Below are positions 45,766-56,075 of a DNA stretch of 64,000 nucleotides, one piece after another. The notes beneath the pieces are model-generated. The model saw only the letters and a list, made by a program, of their open reading frames with translations. It made no database searches and was not told the DNA's origin. The DNA lies in the IMG/VR virus record IMGVR_UViG_3300032292_000618, positions 78,783-142,782 of that record; one strand, 5' to 3'. How positions within the stretch are numbered: position 1 is the first letter of the stretch; every line of letters begins with the position of its first letter. The translations under genes and the position numbers were made by a program. Origin of the DNA: a virus. Lineage: Duplodnaviria; Caudoviricetes.

Positions 45766-48700
45766 ATGCCTTTAGCGAGACTAGAGAATTTTTTGAAGAA
45801 TTTAAATGGAAATACTCTATATGTAGATCCTAATGAATTAGATGCCTCAGATTCTATTGAAAATAGAGGAAACTCTAGAATTAGACCATTTAAGACGATT
45901 CAAAGAGCTTTAATTGAAGCAGCAAGATTCTCATATATACCTGGACCTAATAATGATCTATTTGATCAAACTACGATTTTAATTTCTCCAGGAACTCATT
46001 TTATTGATAATAGACCTGGATTTTATGTAGACCAAAATCAGGTTTTGAGAGATGTAAATAATTCCATAAAAACTATATCTGAATTAAATATTTCTTCAAA
46101 TTTTGATTTAGATGACCCAGCAAATATATTATATACACTTAATAGTGCAGATGGGGGAGTAATATTACCTAAGGGAACATCTATTGTTTCTACGGATCTT
46201 AGAAAAACTAAGATTAAACCAAAGTTTGTCCCCAATCCTATCAATGATTTAATTGCTCCTGCTGCTATTTTTAGGCTTACTGGTGCTTGTTACATTTATG
46301 GATTTACTATTTTTGATGGAGATCCAGTAGGAAAAGTTTACAGTAACTATACAACAAATACTTCAGTACCAAATTATTCTCACCATAAATTAACTGCATT
46401 TGAGTATGCAGATGATAGTAATACTTTAGTAAGGAATGGGGTAGATACTGGATATACAGATTTAGAGGCATATTACTATAAATTAAGTCTAGCATATGGT
46501 GCTCAATCTGGAAGAAGCATTATTGATGGATTTACCAACTTCCAACCAAATGTAGATGAAAATAGAATCGTTGGAGAGTTGGGTCTTGGTTCAATTAGCA
46601 TTATATCTGCAGTTTCTGGAAATGGAACTTCTGGTACTAATGTAATTACTGTACAGACTCAAACACCTCATGGTCTTTCTCCATTAACGCCAATTTTACT
46701 TTCTGGTCTTGGGCAAGATGAAGGTCCAACAAGTGAATTAGAGTATAATGGAAATTATGTTGTTGCCCAGGTAACTAGCGAAACTGAGTTTACATATTTA
46801 CTTTCAAATGTTCCTACCCAAACTCTAAATCCAAGTGTTTCTGGAGCAACAGTTAAGGTAATTTCAGATACAGTATCATCTGCATCTCCATACATATACA
46901 ATTGCAGTTTGAAATCAGTCTATGGCATGAATGGTATTCATGCTGATGGTTCTAAAGTATCTGGATTTAAATCAGTTGTTACTGCACAATTTACTGGAAT
47001 TTCCCTACAAAAAGATGATAGAGCTTTTGTAGAATATGATGAAGCAGTTGGTGGATATAATTACCAAGAAAATTATGGTGTGGATAAATTCCTTCACCAA
47101 TCATCTAGAGCAAAATATAGACCATCTTGGGAAAGTTACCATGTAAAGGCAAGCAATAATTCATTCATTCAGTGTGTATCTATTTTTGCTATTGGTTATG
47201 CCAAACAGTTTGTAACTGAAAGTGGTGGTGATCAATCAATTACAAACTCTAACTCTAACTTTGGAGCTATATCTTTATTCTCAACTGGATTCAAAGATAT
47301 TGTTTTAGCAAAAGATAATCATGCATACATAACTCACATTATCCCGCCAAAAGATATCTCATCAATTGAAAGTGATGTTAGATATATTGATATAGATGCT
47401 ACCTTAACATCAACAAAAGCACCTTCAAATCAAAACACTAGAGTATATCTGAAGGGATATATTGATCTATTAGATCCACCTCCAAACAATGTTAGAAATT
47501 TTGTTATTGGTGGTAAGCAAAATGATACTATATCATTTAAGAGAGCAAATGATCAATATTCTATTCCTATAAGTCCAAGTTATAAATCTGAATATGATGT
47601 AACTGGAATTGATGCAGATACAAATATTATTACACTTTCTAGTGTATCTGGAATATCTACAGGCATATCTGGTAAAATTATTTCTGGTACTGGAGAACTT
47701 CCAGATGGAATAGTAGCAGATAAACTTTATAATTTAAGATTGACTGGAGGAACTGGAGTTAGGTTATACTCAAATTCTCTTAATGCAGAAACAAATACTG
47801 CACCAATAGATATAAAAAATAGCGTAGGATTAACTACATCAAATTTAAAATTTGTTAGTAGAATTTCTGAAAAAAATTCTGGTGATGTTGGAAGTCCTGT
47901 TCAATGGGATGAAACTGCTTTAAATTGGTATGTTGGAGTAAACTCAGTAGGTTCTGGCGCAACTGACTTCTTTTTAAATCTAATTGGAGTTACTGCTCCA
48001 GGTTCATTCTTTACTAGAAAAGTTGACTCTAGATTTAATAAAGATAAACTTTATAGAGTAAGAATAGTAATACCAAAAGAATCAGAAAATTCTTCAGATT
48101 TATCTTCTGGTTTTATTATTCAAAAAGCATCTAATGCTCTAGATTCTGCATTATATCAAGCAGATAGTGAGCAGTTAGTATCTTCTAATCCAATCAATCA
48201 AATAAGAAATGATGGGGCTATTGTAGATGCTTGGTATTCCTCTGGTACAGCCACTATAGTAACTAGCAAACCCCACAAATTAAATGTTGGTGATACTATT
48301 GAAGTTTATAATTTAAAGAGCACTAATGAACCAACCCCAGTGGGGTTAGGAACTGGAACTGGGTATAATGGAAAATTTACTGTTGCAAGTGTAATTAATG
48401 AAATTAGATTTACATATACAATTTCAAGAAATCCTGGAACAATAACTTTAGGAACTTCTGCTGTTGCAACTTGGTTGAGCGAAAGAAATTGTTCTCAAAC
48501 TTCAAACTATAGAGTTCCTCCATACACAATTTATGATGCAAATAGAACTAATTTGCCATATTTTGTTAATAAAAAGATAATTAATGATTATCAATTATAT
48601 GATATTGAAACTATTCAAGAATATGTAGAGGGAACTTCAGATGGAATTTATCATGTAACATTAAATGCATTTAAAAATACCCCTACTATTGTTCCATTTA

Positions 48701-51159
48701 ATACTGAGCAATATAAATTATCTCAAAGCATAGAAAAATTATACCCAACTCAAGATTTAGACAATCCAATTGCAGATCCAGAAGGAACTATTAGTTTAGC
48801 TTCCAGAAAAGAAATTGGCACAGTAACTGTTAATGATGTTAAAAAGAGCGTTACTAAGGAAACTCTAACTTCATATCTTAAGGATTTTAATTTAACATCT
48901 AAAATTTCAGGCATTACTACATATTATGATTCTGGGGTAGGAATTGCAACAGTAACAACTGCAATTTCTCATGGACTAGGTGGAATTAGAAGACTTACTG
49001 TTACAACTCCAGGATCAGGGTATGTTAATGGATTATTTTATGATGTTCCTCTTTGTGGTGGGAGTGGATCTAATGCAACTGCAAATATTAGAGTAGCATC
49101 TAATGTAGTAGCAGAAGCTAGTATTCAAAATCAAGGATCTGGTTATCTCTCTGGAGATCTATTAAGGGTTAGAGGAATTCCTGGATCTACTAATGATTGT
49201 TTCTTAACTGTATCTTCTGTCAATTACAGTGCATCAGATACTGATACAATTCAAATAATTGGGTGCGCCAAAGAACAAAATAATGGAACATTTGTTATAC
49301 AGTCAGTAAAATCAAATACAATTACATATTATAATAATAATGCAACTCCAGAAACTCCTGCAAATGCAGTATCGTTCTTATCTGGAATTGGATACCAAAT
49401 AAGAAATAGTCCAGATGGATCTGTATATAATGCATTAACAGATACTACAACAATAACTACTCAATTACCACACTCATTTGCTGTTGGTAGTAAAGTTATT
49501 TTTGATGATGCAATTGGAAATCCACCTGAAAAAATTGGAATTTCTACTATTTCTACAGTTACTGGTATTACTACATTTACTGTAAAGGGAGATGCTAGTG
49601 ATGCAGTAAGAGTATTTGGTGCAGGATTACTTTCAAATCCAAAAGATACTTCAATTACTAATGAAAATTTAAACTCAAGATTGTTTACTATTCTTGGTGG
49701 ATATAAAGGAGCAATCTCTCAACAAATATCTGCATCAGTTTCTAATTTCTTAATAAATGATCTTTATGGATTAGATAAAGGAGATTTTATACAAATCAAT
49801 TCAGAAATTATGCTTATTACCAGAATTTCTGGTGGTGAAGTTTTTGTTAAGAGAGCATTATTTGGAACTAGAGCAGTAGCTCATGAAAATAATTCAAATA
49901 TTAAGAAAATTAAAATAGTACCAATTGAACTTAGAAGAAATTCTATCATTCGTGCATCTGGTCATACTTTTGAATACACTGGATTTGGTCCTGGTAACTA
50001 TTCAACAGGAATGCCAACAAACCAAGATAGAATTCTTTCTGATGCTGAAGTATTAACTTCACAATCTCTGAATAGTAGAGGAGGTTTAGTAGTTTATACT
50101 GGAATGAATAGTGATGGAGAATTTTATATTGGTAAAACTAAATTTGATGCAGTAACTGGCAAACAAATTGATGTTGGACTTCCAGAAGCAGAATCTTCTA
50201 ATGCTGCAACTCTTGATGTTGTTGTTGCTAACAAAGTAATTATTAATGATGAATTAGATGGGACAACTGCTGCAGCAAATCTCAATAAACTTACAGTATC
50301 TACTGATGCATTTATTGTTGGTATTACTACAGTAGCAAGCACTCAAGATACTACAGATCCTTCTAATGGAGCTTTAGTTGTTCTTGGTGGAGTTGGAATA
50401 GATAAAAGTGTCAATATTGGAGAAAACTTAAAAGTAATTGGAACTGCAGGTATTTCATCAATAAGAATTGGAATTGCATCAGCATCTACTATTGACACTT
50501 CGTCTCAAAATTTATATTTAAATTCTGCTGATGGAAATGTTATTGTTAATGATAATTTACATGTATCTGACAATATAAGAGTTGCTGGTGTTTCTACCTT
50601 TGTTTCTAATGTAAGTGCTGGTGCTAGTATAACTTCAGTTGGAGATATTGTTGCTGGTTCTAGTGCTAAGTTTAAAGGATATGGAACTATTCCTATTAAT
50701 GGAATCATTATGTGGTCTGGATCAGTAGCAACCATTCCTTCTGGATGGGCTCTTTGTGATGGTACAAGTGGAACTCCAGATTTAAGAGAAAGGTTTATTG
50801 TTGGTGCTGGTGGCGATAATCCAGCAGTAGCAGGAACAGTTGGGTATACTCCAGGAACTCAAGGTGGATTAAATTCAGTAACCTTAGATTCTACTCAGAT
50901 TCCAGCACACACCCATGTGGCAATATCTACTACAACAACTACAATATCTCCTGCTAATGTTTTAACTGATATAACTACTACATCTGCAGCAAGGGGAGCT
51001 CAGGGCAACACTGCAATTATCTCAATTACGGAAACTTCATCAGCAACTAGTGCTACTTCTACAACTGACACAACAATTCAACCTAATACTGGTGGTGGTG
51101 GATCTCATGAAAACAGACCTCCATATTATGCACTCGCATTTATTATGAGAACTTTATAA
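45766..51159 (+). CDS. Large tail-fibre/virion structural protein with C-terminal tail-collar domain
   Basis: MPLARLENFLKN...PFKTIQRALIEAARFSY start; C-terminal GIIMWSG...IPSGWALCDG...PDLRERF...HENRPPYYALAFIMR. Confidence 0.85.
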   Translation: MPLARLENFLKNLNGNTLYVDPNELDASDSIENRGNSRIRPFKTIQRALIEAARFSYIPGPNNDLFDQTTILISPGTHFIDNRPGFYVDQNQVLRDVNNSIKTISELNISSNFDLDDPANILYTLNSADGGVILPKGTSIVSTDLRKTKIKPKFVPNPINDLIAPAAIFRLTGACYIYGFTIFDGDPVGKVYSNYTTNTSVPNYSHHKLTAFEYADDSNTLVRNGVDTGYTDLEAYYYKLSLAYGAQSGRSIIDGFTNFQPNVDENRIVGELGLGSISIISAVSGNGTSGTNVITVQTQTPHGLSPLTPILLSGLGQDEGPTSELEYNGNYVVAQVTSETEFTYLLSNVPTQTLNPSVSGATVKVISDTVSSASPYIYNCSLKSVYGMNGIHADGSKVSGFKSVVTAQFTGISLQKDDRAFVEYDEAVGGYNYQENYGVDKFLHQSSRAKYRPSWESYHVKASNNSFIQCVSIFAIGYAKQFVTESGGDQSITNSNSNFGAISLFSTGFKDIVLAKDNHAYITHIIPPKDISSIESDVRYIDIDATLTSTKAPSNQNTRVYLKGYIDLLDPPPNNVRNFVIGGKQNDTISFKRANDQYSIPISPSYKSEYDVTGIDADTNIITLSSVSGISTGISGKIISGTGELPDGIVADKLYNLRLTGGTGVRLYSNSLNAETNTAPIDIKNSVGLTTSNLKFVSRISEKNSGDVGSPVQWDETALNWYVGVNSVGSGATDFFLNLIGVTAPGSFFTRKVDSRFNKDKLYRVRIVIPKESENSSDLSSGFIIQKASNALDSALYQADSEQLVSSNPINQIRNDGAIVDAWYSSGTATIVTSKPHKLNVGDTIEVYNLKSTNEPTPVGLGTGTGYNGKFTVASVINEIRFTYTISRNPGTITLGTSAVATWLSERNCSQTSNYRVPPYTIYDANRTNLPYFVNKKIINDYQLYDIETIQEYVEGTSDGIYHVTLNAFKNTPTIVPFNTEQYKLSQSIEKLYPTQDLDNPIADPEGTISLASRKEIGTVTVNDVKKSVTKETLTSYLKDFNLTSKISGITTYYDSGVGIATVTTAISHGLGGIRRLTVTTPGSGYVNGLFYDVPLCGGSGSNATANIRVASNVVAEASIQNQGSGYLSGDLLRVRGIPGSTNDCFLTVSSVNYSASDTDTIQIIGCAKEQNNGTFVIQSVKSNTITYYNNNATPETPANAVSFLSGIGYQIRNSPDGSVYNALTDTTTITTQLPHSFAVGSKVIFDDAIGNPPEKIGISTISTVTGITTFTVKGDASDAVRVFGAGLLSNPKDTSITNENLNSRLFTILGGYKGAISQQISASVSNFLINDLYGLDKGDFIQINSEIMLITRISGGEVFVKRALFGTRAVAHENNSNIKKIKIVPIELRRNSIIRASGHTFEYTGFGPGNYSTGMPTNQDRILSDAEVLTSQSLNSRGGLVVYTGMNSDGEFYIGKTKFDAVTGKQIDVGLPEAESSNAATLDVVVANKVIINDELDGTTAAANLNKLTVSTDAFIVGITTVASTQDTTDPSNGALVVLGGVGIDKSVNIGENLKVIGTAGISSIRIGIASASTIDTSSQNLYLNSADGNVIVNDNLHVSDNIRVAGVSTFVSNVSAGASITSVGDIVAGSSAKFKGYGTIPINGIIMWSGSVATIPSGWALCDGTSGTPDLRERFIVGAGGDNPAVAGTVGYTPGTQGGLNSVTLDSTQIPAHTHVAISTTTTTISPANVLTDITTTSAARGAQGNTAIISITETSSATSATSTTDTTIQPNTGGGGSHENRPPYYALAFIMRTL

Positions 51160-51162
51160 ATA
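51155..51162 (+). promoter_or_regulatory. T4 late promoter
   Basis: Exact TATAAATA. Confidence 0.8.
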
Positions 51163-51188
51163 ATACAAAAGGGGGATAGTGGAACCCG

Positions 51189-54100
51189 ATGCCATCACAA
51201 GAAAACTATTTTGTAGTAAGAACTGGTCTTGGTGTAGGAACACAAGCACTGTATGTGGATTCCAACACAAAAACAGTTGCTATAGGAAAGACAGTAGTAA
51301 GTGATAATGTAACTCTTGATGTAACAGGAGATATAAGGTCAACAGAAAGTATCTATGCAGAAACGTCTTTTGGCGTAGGTACTATTAACCCAACTGTAGA
51401 ATTTGATGTAATTGGATCTGGATTAGTTTCTGATCAGTTTGGCGTTAATACTGATGCTGCTTCTCTTGGTGATTATAAAGTAAAAGTTAATACAAACTAT
51501 ACAGAATCAGTTGTAATAACTGGACTTGGTTCAGTTGGTGTTGGAGTATCTATTCCAAAATATGAATTAGATGTTCTAAAGAATTTCAGAGTAACTGGAT
51601 TTTCTTCAATAACTACTGCATATGTTGGGTTTGCAACCATTGGAATTGCAACAATTGCATCTTCATATCTTGGAGTTACTACCATAGGTTTTGGAACTAT
51701 TACAGCTTCCAGAACAGGGGTTGCCACTATTTCCGATGCATTTGTTACTAATGCCAGAATAGGAATATCTACAATTTCTTTTGCTAATATTACAGATGAG
51801 CAAGTAGGAATATCTACTGTAGGGTATGTAAATGCAACTGATGTAAGAACAGGGATTGCTACTGTTGGATTTGCTACTATTACTAGGGCAATAATAGGTA
51901 TTACTACAACAGATGTAGCAACAATTGGACGTGAAGTAGTTGGAATTTCATCAATTACATCTGCTTATATTGGATTATCCACCATTGGTCAAACTTATAT
52001 TGGTATTGCTACAGTAGGTTTTGCAACTATTACTGATGCCAGAATAGGGATTGCAACTGTTGGTGTTGCAAGCATTACATCTGCTTATATTGGATTATCC
52101 ACTATTGGTCAAAGTTATATTGGTATTGCCACAGTAGGAATTGCTACTGTAGGGATTCTAACTGCATCTCAGTTTTTGACTGGTATTGCCACAGTTGGAA
52201 TAGCATCTATTGGATCAGAAACTGTCATAAATTCTGAAATTGTAAATCTTTTAGTTACTGGAATTACTACCACAGAAAGGTTAAATGTTGGTACTGGTGG
52301 TACTATACTATCAGCAAAAAGATTTTTTAATACTGAAGATGTATATGGAACTATTGGAACTGATTTCGTAAAAACTATCAATCCTTTAGTTGGAATTAAT
52401 ACAACATTACCAACTAGAACTCTTGATGTAGCAGGGGATCTGAGAATTAGAGGAGAAGTAGTAGATGCATATGAGAATGTAGGATTTGCATATTCGGTTC
52501 TTTCTTCTGGTTATAATATTCCAGGAAGATTCTTAGATGCTGCAAATCTTTTAACAAGAAATAAAGAATTTATTGCTAATGAAATTGTAGGATTTATAAC
52601 CAGTACAGATGGTCCTTTTGGTTATTATGGTCCTGATTTTGATTATGGAAAAGTTGGAGTTGCAACCGGAAGAGTAAAGTGTAGAAGAGATATTGGTTTA
52701 ATTATTGATGCAATAGCATTTGATATTTCTAAGGGTGGAAACTCTAAGTCTGTTGGAGCTGGATTATCATACTACTCAGGAGTAACTTTACAGTACCTAG
52801 ATGATTCTGTAGTAATACCAACAGGATTTTCTACTGGGTATGTAAAGAGAGCAACACTTGTAGGATTTAGCAGTATTGCAAGTCTATCAAGATATGTAAT
52901 TAATAATGCTATTATTCCAAAATCTTACCAAGTTCCACCAATATCTGGAAAAAATGCAGATGCTACTAGAGTAATTCTTGCAAACAAGCAATTAATTGCA
53001 GAAGTTGCAGTTGGTAGAATGTTAGCATTCTACACTGGATTTTCAGTTCCTGGTGGAAACCAGAATTGTGTTGATGACATTGTAGATGTAATAGAAGCAA
53101 TTTGTTATAATTTAGAGATTGGTGGAAATGACCAAGTTTATGATGCTGCTAAGATTTACTTAGAAAATAATTATCTTCTCCAGGAAGAAGCACAATCAAT
53201 TTACGCATTTAATCAAGCAAGAGATATGGCCATCCAGGCCATGAGAAATCAGAGTATTACTATTGGTGGGTATAGTGCATTAACTCAATATAAAGATAAT
53301 ACAATTGTAGGAGATATCTCTGGACTTCCAGGAGTTTACAATCTTGGAGATTGTTCTGATACTGCTTCAGCAATCACTACATTCTTCCAAATAATTACTA
53401 ATGCAATTGATGTAAATGTACAAACACTTCCTGCAACTAGAACTATTGCTGGAATTGGAAGCATTCCACAATTAATTGATACTGAACTTCTTCCAGATGG
53501 TGACAGTAATATTAATCCAAATGCTTGCTCCAATGTAGTATCAGCAATTTATAGTTGTGTTGGTATTGTTACAACTATTATTAATGGAGGTCCAATTAGT
53601 GCTCCAAAAATCAACAAACCAGTTGGAGAATTGGTTTGGTCCCCACCAGGAGCAAAAGTTGGCAATGAATGGTTTGTAAGTAAGTTTGGCAATGACAGCA
53701 ACCAAGGATTATCTCCTGGAGATGCCTTCTTAACTATCAAAAAAGCATGTTCATTTGCTCAACCTGGAGATACAGTAAGAGTTTTTGCTGGTCTTTATGT
53801 TGAGGATGGTCCAATTCAAGTAGCAGAAAGAGTTGCTGTTGTAGGAGAAGATTTAAGAAGAACTCTTGTCTCAACCAGAGGACAAACTGATCTTTATCAT
53901 GTAAGAAGAGGTTGCTATATTTCTCACCAATCTTTTGTTGGTGTAACAAATCCAAATGCCATGGTATCTTTCCCAACTCAAGGGCTTGGGTATGCTGATG
54001 GAACTGAGCAAAATTGGCAGTCACCATATGTTCAGAACTGCACCAACTTTGTTCCTAATAGTGTTGGAATGAGGATTGATGGTAATAGAGCAGGTGGATT

Positions 54101-55685
54101 TAAGTCCATGGTTCTTGATGCATACACTCAATACAATCAAGGTGGAATTGGAGTTTCAATCACTAACTTTGGATATGCTCAGTTAGTTTCACTATTCACA
54201 ATTTGCTGTGATACTGCAGTATACAATGATAGTGGTGGCGTCTGTGACATGAACAACAGTAATGCCTCATTTGGTAATTATGGATTGTGGGCAAATGGCA
54301 CTACACCACTTCAATATGTTGGAGTAGTTACTGTTGCTCCTACTGGTGATAATGTAGATACTCTTATTCTTAATGTTGGTGCTGGAGTTACTCAGGCATC
54401 TTTAGATGCAGTAGATCTATTAAGAGCAAATGCAGATTTCATTGCAAATGAAGTTGTTGGATTTGTAACTAGCACAGATGGTCCATATGGAGCACTTGGC
54501 CCAACATTTGATTATGGTGGATCAATCAAGGGAAGAGATTTCTGTAAGAGAGATTCTAAGATTATAGTAGAAACTATTGCATTAGATCTTCTTTCTCAAG
54601 GAAATGGAAATTCTATTGATAGTGGACTTGCATACAGAGATTCACCCACTTATGCAAGAACTTATCTAAATGATTCATCTCCACGTCCAGTTGGATTTGC
54701 CACTGGATATGTTGCAACAGGAGAAATTGAATCAATTAAATATCTTGCTGGAATTTGTACTTATGTTATTGCAAATCAAAATCTTCCAAAATCATATCAA
54801 AGTGGCGTAAGTAGCATCAGTCAGTTTAAGAATACCAATAAGAATGGATACACTCCTACAATTAGATCTTCAATTACAACTAATGCAGGAATTATCACAA
54901 GTATAATTGGAATAGGAACTACTTCTATCCCAGCAAGACAACTTCCAAGAGGTCAAAGACCTTATGATGGACAAGTAACCTTTATTGGTACTCAATATTA
55001 TACAGTTAATAGTATTAGAGTTACAAATCCTGGATATGGATATTTACCTGGAGCTGCAGTGGAAGTTCAAATTGGACTTCCTGCACTAGGTGATGATGCT
55101 ATTCCTGCAGAAGTTACAATATTTGAAGATGGGGTTGGTTCTGATGGAACAGTTCAAGAAATTACTATATTAGTTTCTGGTACTGGATATACTGAAACTC
55201 CTCCAACTGTGACAATTTCTCCACCTCCATTAATTGGACCAGGAATTGGAACAACTGCAACTGCAGTTGCTGTAATGGAAAAATTATTCTTTAATGTTGT
55301 TTCTTCTACAAAACCAGACCCAACTGGTATTTGCACAGTAACATTTGACCAATTTATTACTTATCCAGTTTCTGTTGGTGCAACAGTCAACTTCTTCCAA
55401 GCAAGTAAGATTATTGCATCAGGTATAACATTTGAATATATAGGTACAGGTACAGATATTGTCAATTCTATTCCTTCTAAGGGTGCTGTTGCAATTGATG
55501 AAAATCAAATAGTAGCAACAGATGGGGGAAGAGTTCCTTTTACCAGTACTGATCAAGGAGGAAACTTTAGAATTAGTGAAGGAATTACTATTAATCAAAA
55601 TACAGGAACCATTAGTGGGACCGCATTCAGTAAGAGTCTTCAATCTGAAGTCACTCCACTCATCATTGCCCTAGGAGGAGGTTAA
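51189..55685 (+). CDS. Tail-fibre-like virion protein with GIAT(V/I) beta repeats and three repeated helical domains
   Basis: GIATVGFATI repeats; three copies of DAxxLLxxNxxFIAxE...CxRD; GNDSNQG...AFLTIKKA; SPYVQNCT. Confidence 0.82.
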   Translation: MPSQENYFVVRTGLGVGTQALYVDSNTKTVAIGKTVVSDNVTLDVTGDIRSTESIYAETSFGVGTINPTVEFDVIGSGLVSDQFGVNTDAASLGDYKVKVNTNYTESVVITGLGSVGVGVSIPKYELDVLKNFRVTGFSSITTAYVGFATIGIATIASSYLGVTTIGFGTITASRTGVATISDAFVTNARIGISTISFANITDEQVGISTVGYVNATDVRTGIATVGFATITRAIIGITTTDVATIGREVVGISSITSAYIGLSTIGQTYIGIATVGFATITDARIGIATVGVASITSAYIGLSTIGQSYIGIATVGIATVGILTASQFLTGIATVGIASIGSETVINSEIVNLLVTGITTTERLNVGTGGTILSAKRFFNTEDVYGTIGTDFVKTINPLVGINTTLPTRTLDVAGDLRIRGEVVDAYENVGFAYSVLSSGYNIPGRFLDAANLLTRNKEFIANEIVGFITSTDGPFGYYGPDFDYGKVGVATGRVKCRRDIGLIIDAIAFDISKGGNSKSVGAGLSYYSGVTLQYLDDSVVIPTGFSTGYVKRATLVGFSSIASLSRYVINNAIIPKSYQVPPISGKNADATRVILANKQLIAEVAVGRMLAFYTGFSVPGGNQNCVDDIVDVIEAICYNLEIGGNDQVYDAAKIYLENNYLLQEEAQSIYAFNQARDMAIQAMRNQSITIGGYSALTQYKDNTIVGDISGLPGVYNLGDCSDTASAITTFFQIITNAIDVNVQTLPATRTIAGIGSIPQLIDTELLPDGDSNINPNACSNVVSAIYSCVGIVTTIINGGPISAPKINKPVGELVWSPPGAKVGNEWFVSKFGNDSNQGLSPGDAFLTIKKACSFAQPGDTVRVFAGLYVEDGPIQVAERVAVVGEDLRRTLVSTRGQTDLYHVRRGCYISHQSFVGVTNPNAMVSFPTQGLGYADGTEQNWQSPYVQNCTNFVPNSVGMRIDGNRAGGFKSMVLDAYTQYNQGGIGVSITNFGYAQLVSLFTICCDTAVYNDSGGVCDMNNSNASFGNYGLWANGTTPLQYVGVVTVAPTGDNVDTLILNVGAGVTQASLDAVDLLRANADFIANEVVGFVTSTDGPYGALGPTFDYGGSIKGRDFCKRDSKIIVETIALDLLSQGNGNSIDSGLAYRDSPTYARTYLNDSSPRPVGFATGYVATGEIESIKYLAGICTYVIANQNLPKSYQSGVSSISQFKNTNKNGYTPTIRSSITTNAGIITSIIGIGTTSIPARQLPRGQRPYDGQVTFIGTQYYTVNSIRVTNPGYGYLPGAAVEVQIGLPALGDDAIPAEVTIFEDGVGSDGTVQEITILVSGTGYTETPPTVTISPPPLIGPGIGTTATAVAVMEKLFFNVVSSTKPDPTGICTVTFDQFITYPVSVGATVNFFQASKIIASGITFEYIGTGTDIVNSIPSKGAVAIDENQIVATDGGRVPFTSTDQGGNFRISEGITINQNTGTISGTAFSKSLQSEVTPLIIALGGG

Positions 55686-55691
55686 AATTAC

Positions 55692-56075
55692 ATGGCACAA
55701 CAACCACTAAATACATACAAAACAGTTACTGGTATTGTTAGCACTACTGCTAACACAGAGGTTTATACTACAAGGACAGGTTATACCAGCATTGTTCTTT
55801 TTGCACAAACTGCTAATACTGGATCTGGAATAGGAACAGTAACATTTTCACATAAAAGAGTCAATAGAAGTCAATCTGGAGTATCTACTGATATTACAGA
55901 AGTTATTAGTGGGGGCATAGTTCCTCCTAATGATGCTTTGATTCTTTTAGAAGGAAGATTGGTTTTAGAAAGGACAGCATTAAAAACTGATAGCATTGTA
56001 ATGAGTGGAATTTCTACCACATCTCCAAATCATATCAAATACACTATAAGTATCCTGGAAACTCTTAATCAATAA
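55692..56075 (+). CDS. Small virion structural protein
   Basis: PLNTYKTVT...VYT...IVLFAQ...SILET; GGAGG ribosome-binding site. Confidence 0.72.
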   Translation: MAQQPLNTYKTVTGIVSTTANTEVYTTRTGYTSIVLFAQTANTGSGIGTVTFSHKRVNRSQSGVSTDITEVISGGIVPPNDALILLEGRLVLERTALKTDSIVMSGISTTSPNHIKYTISILETLNQ

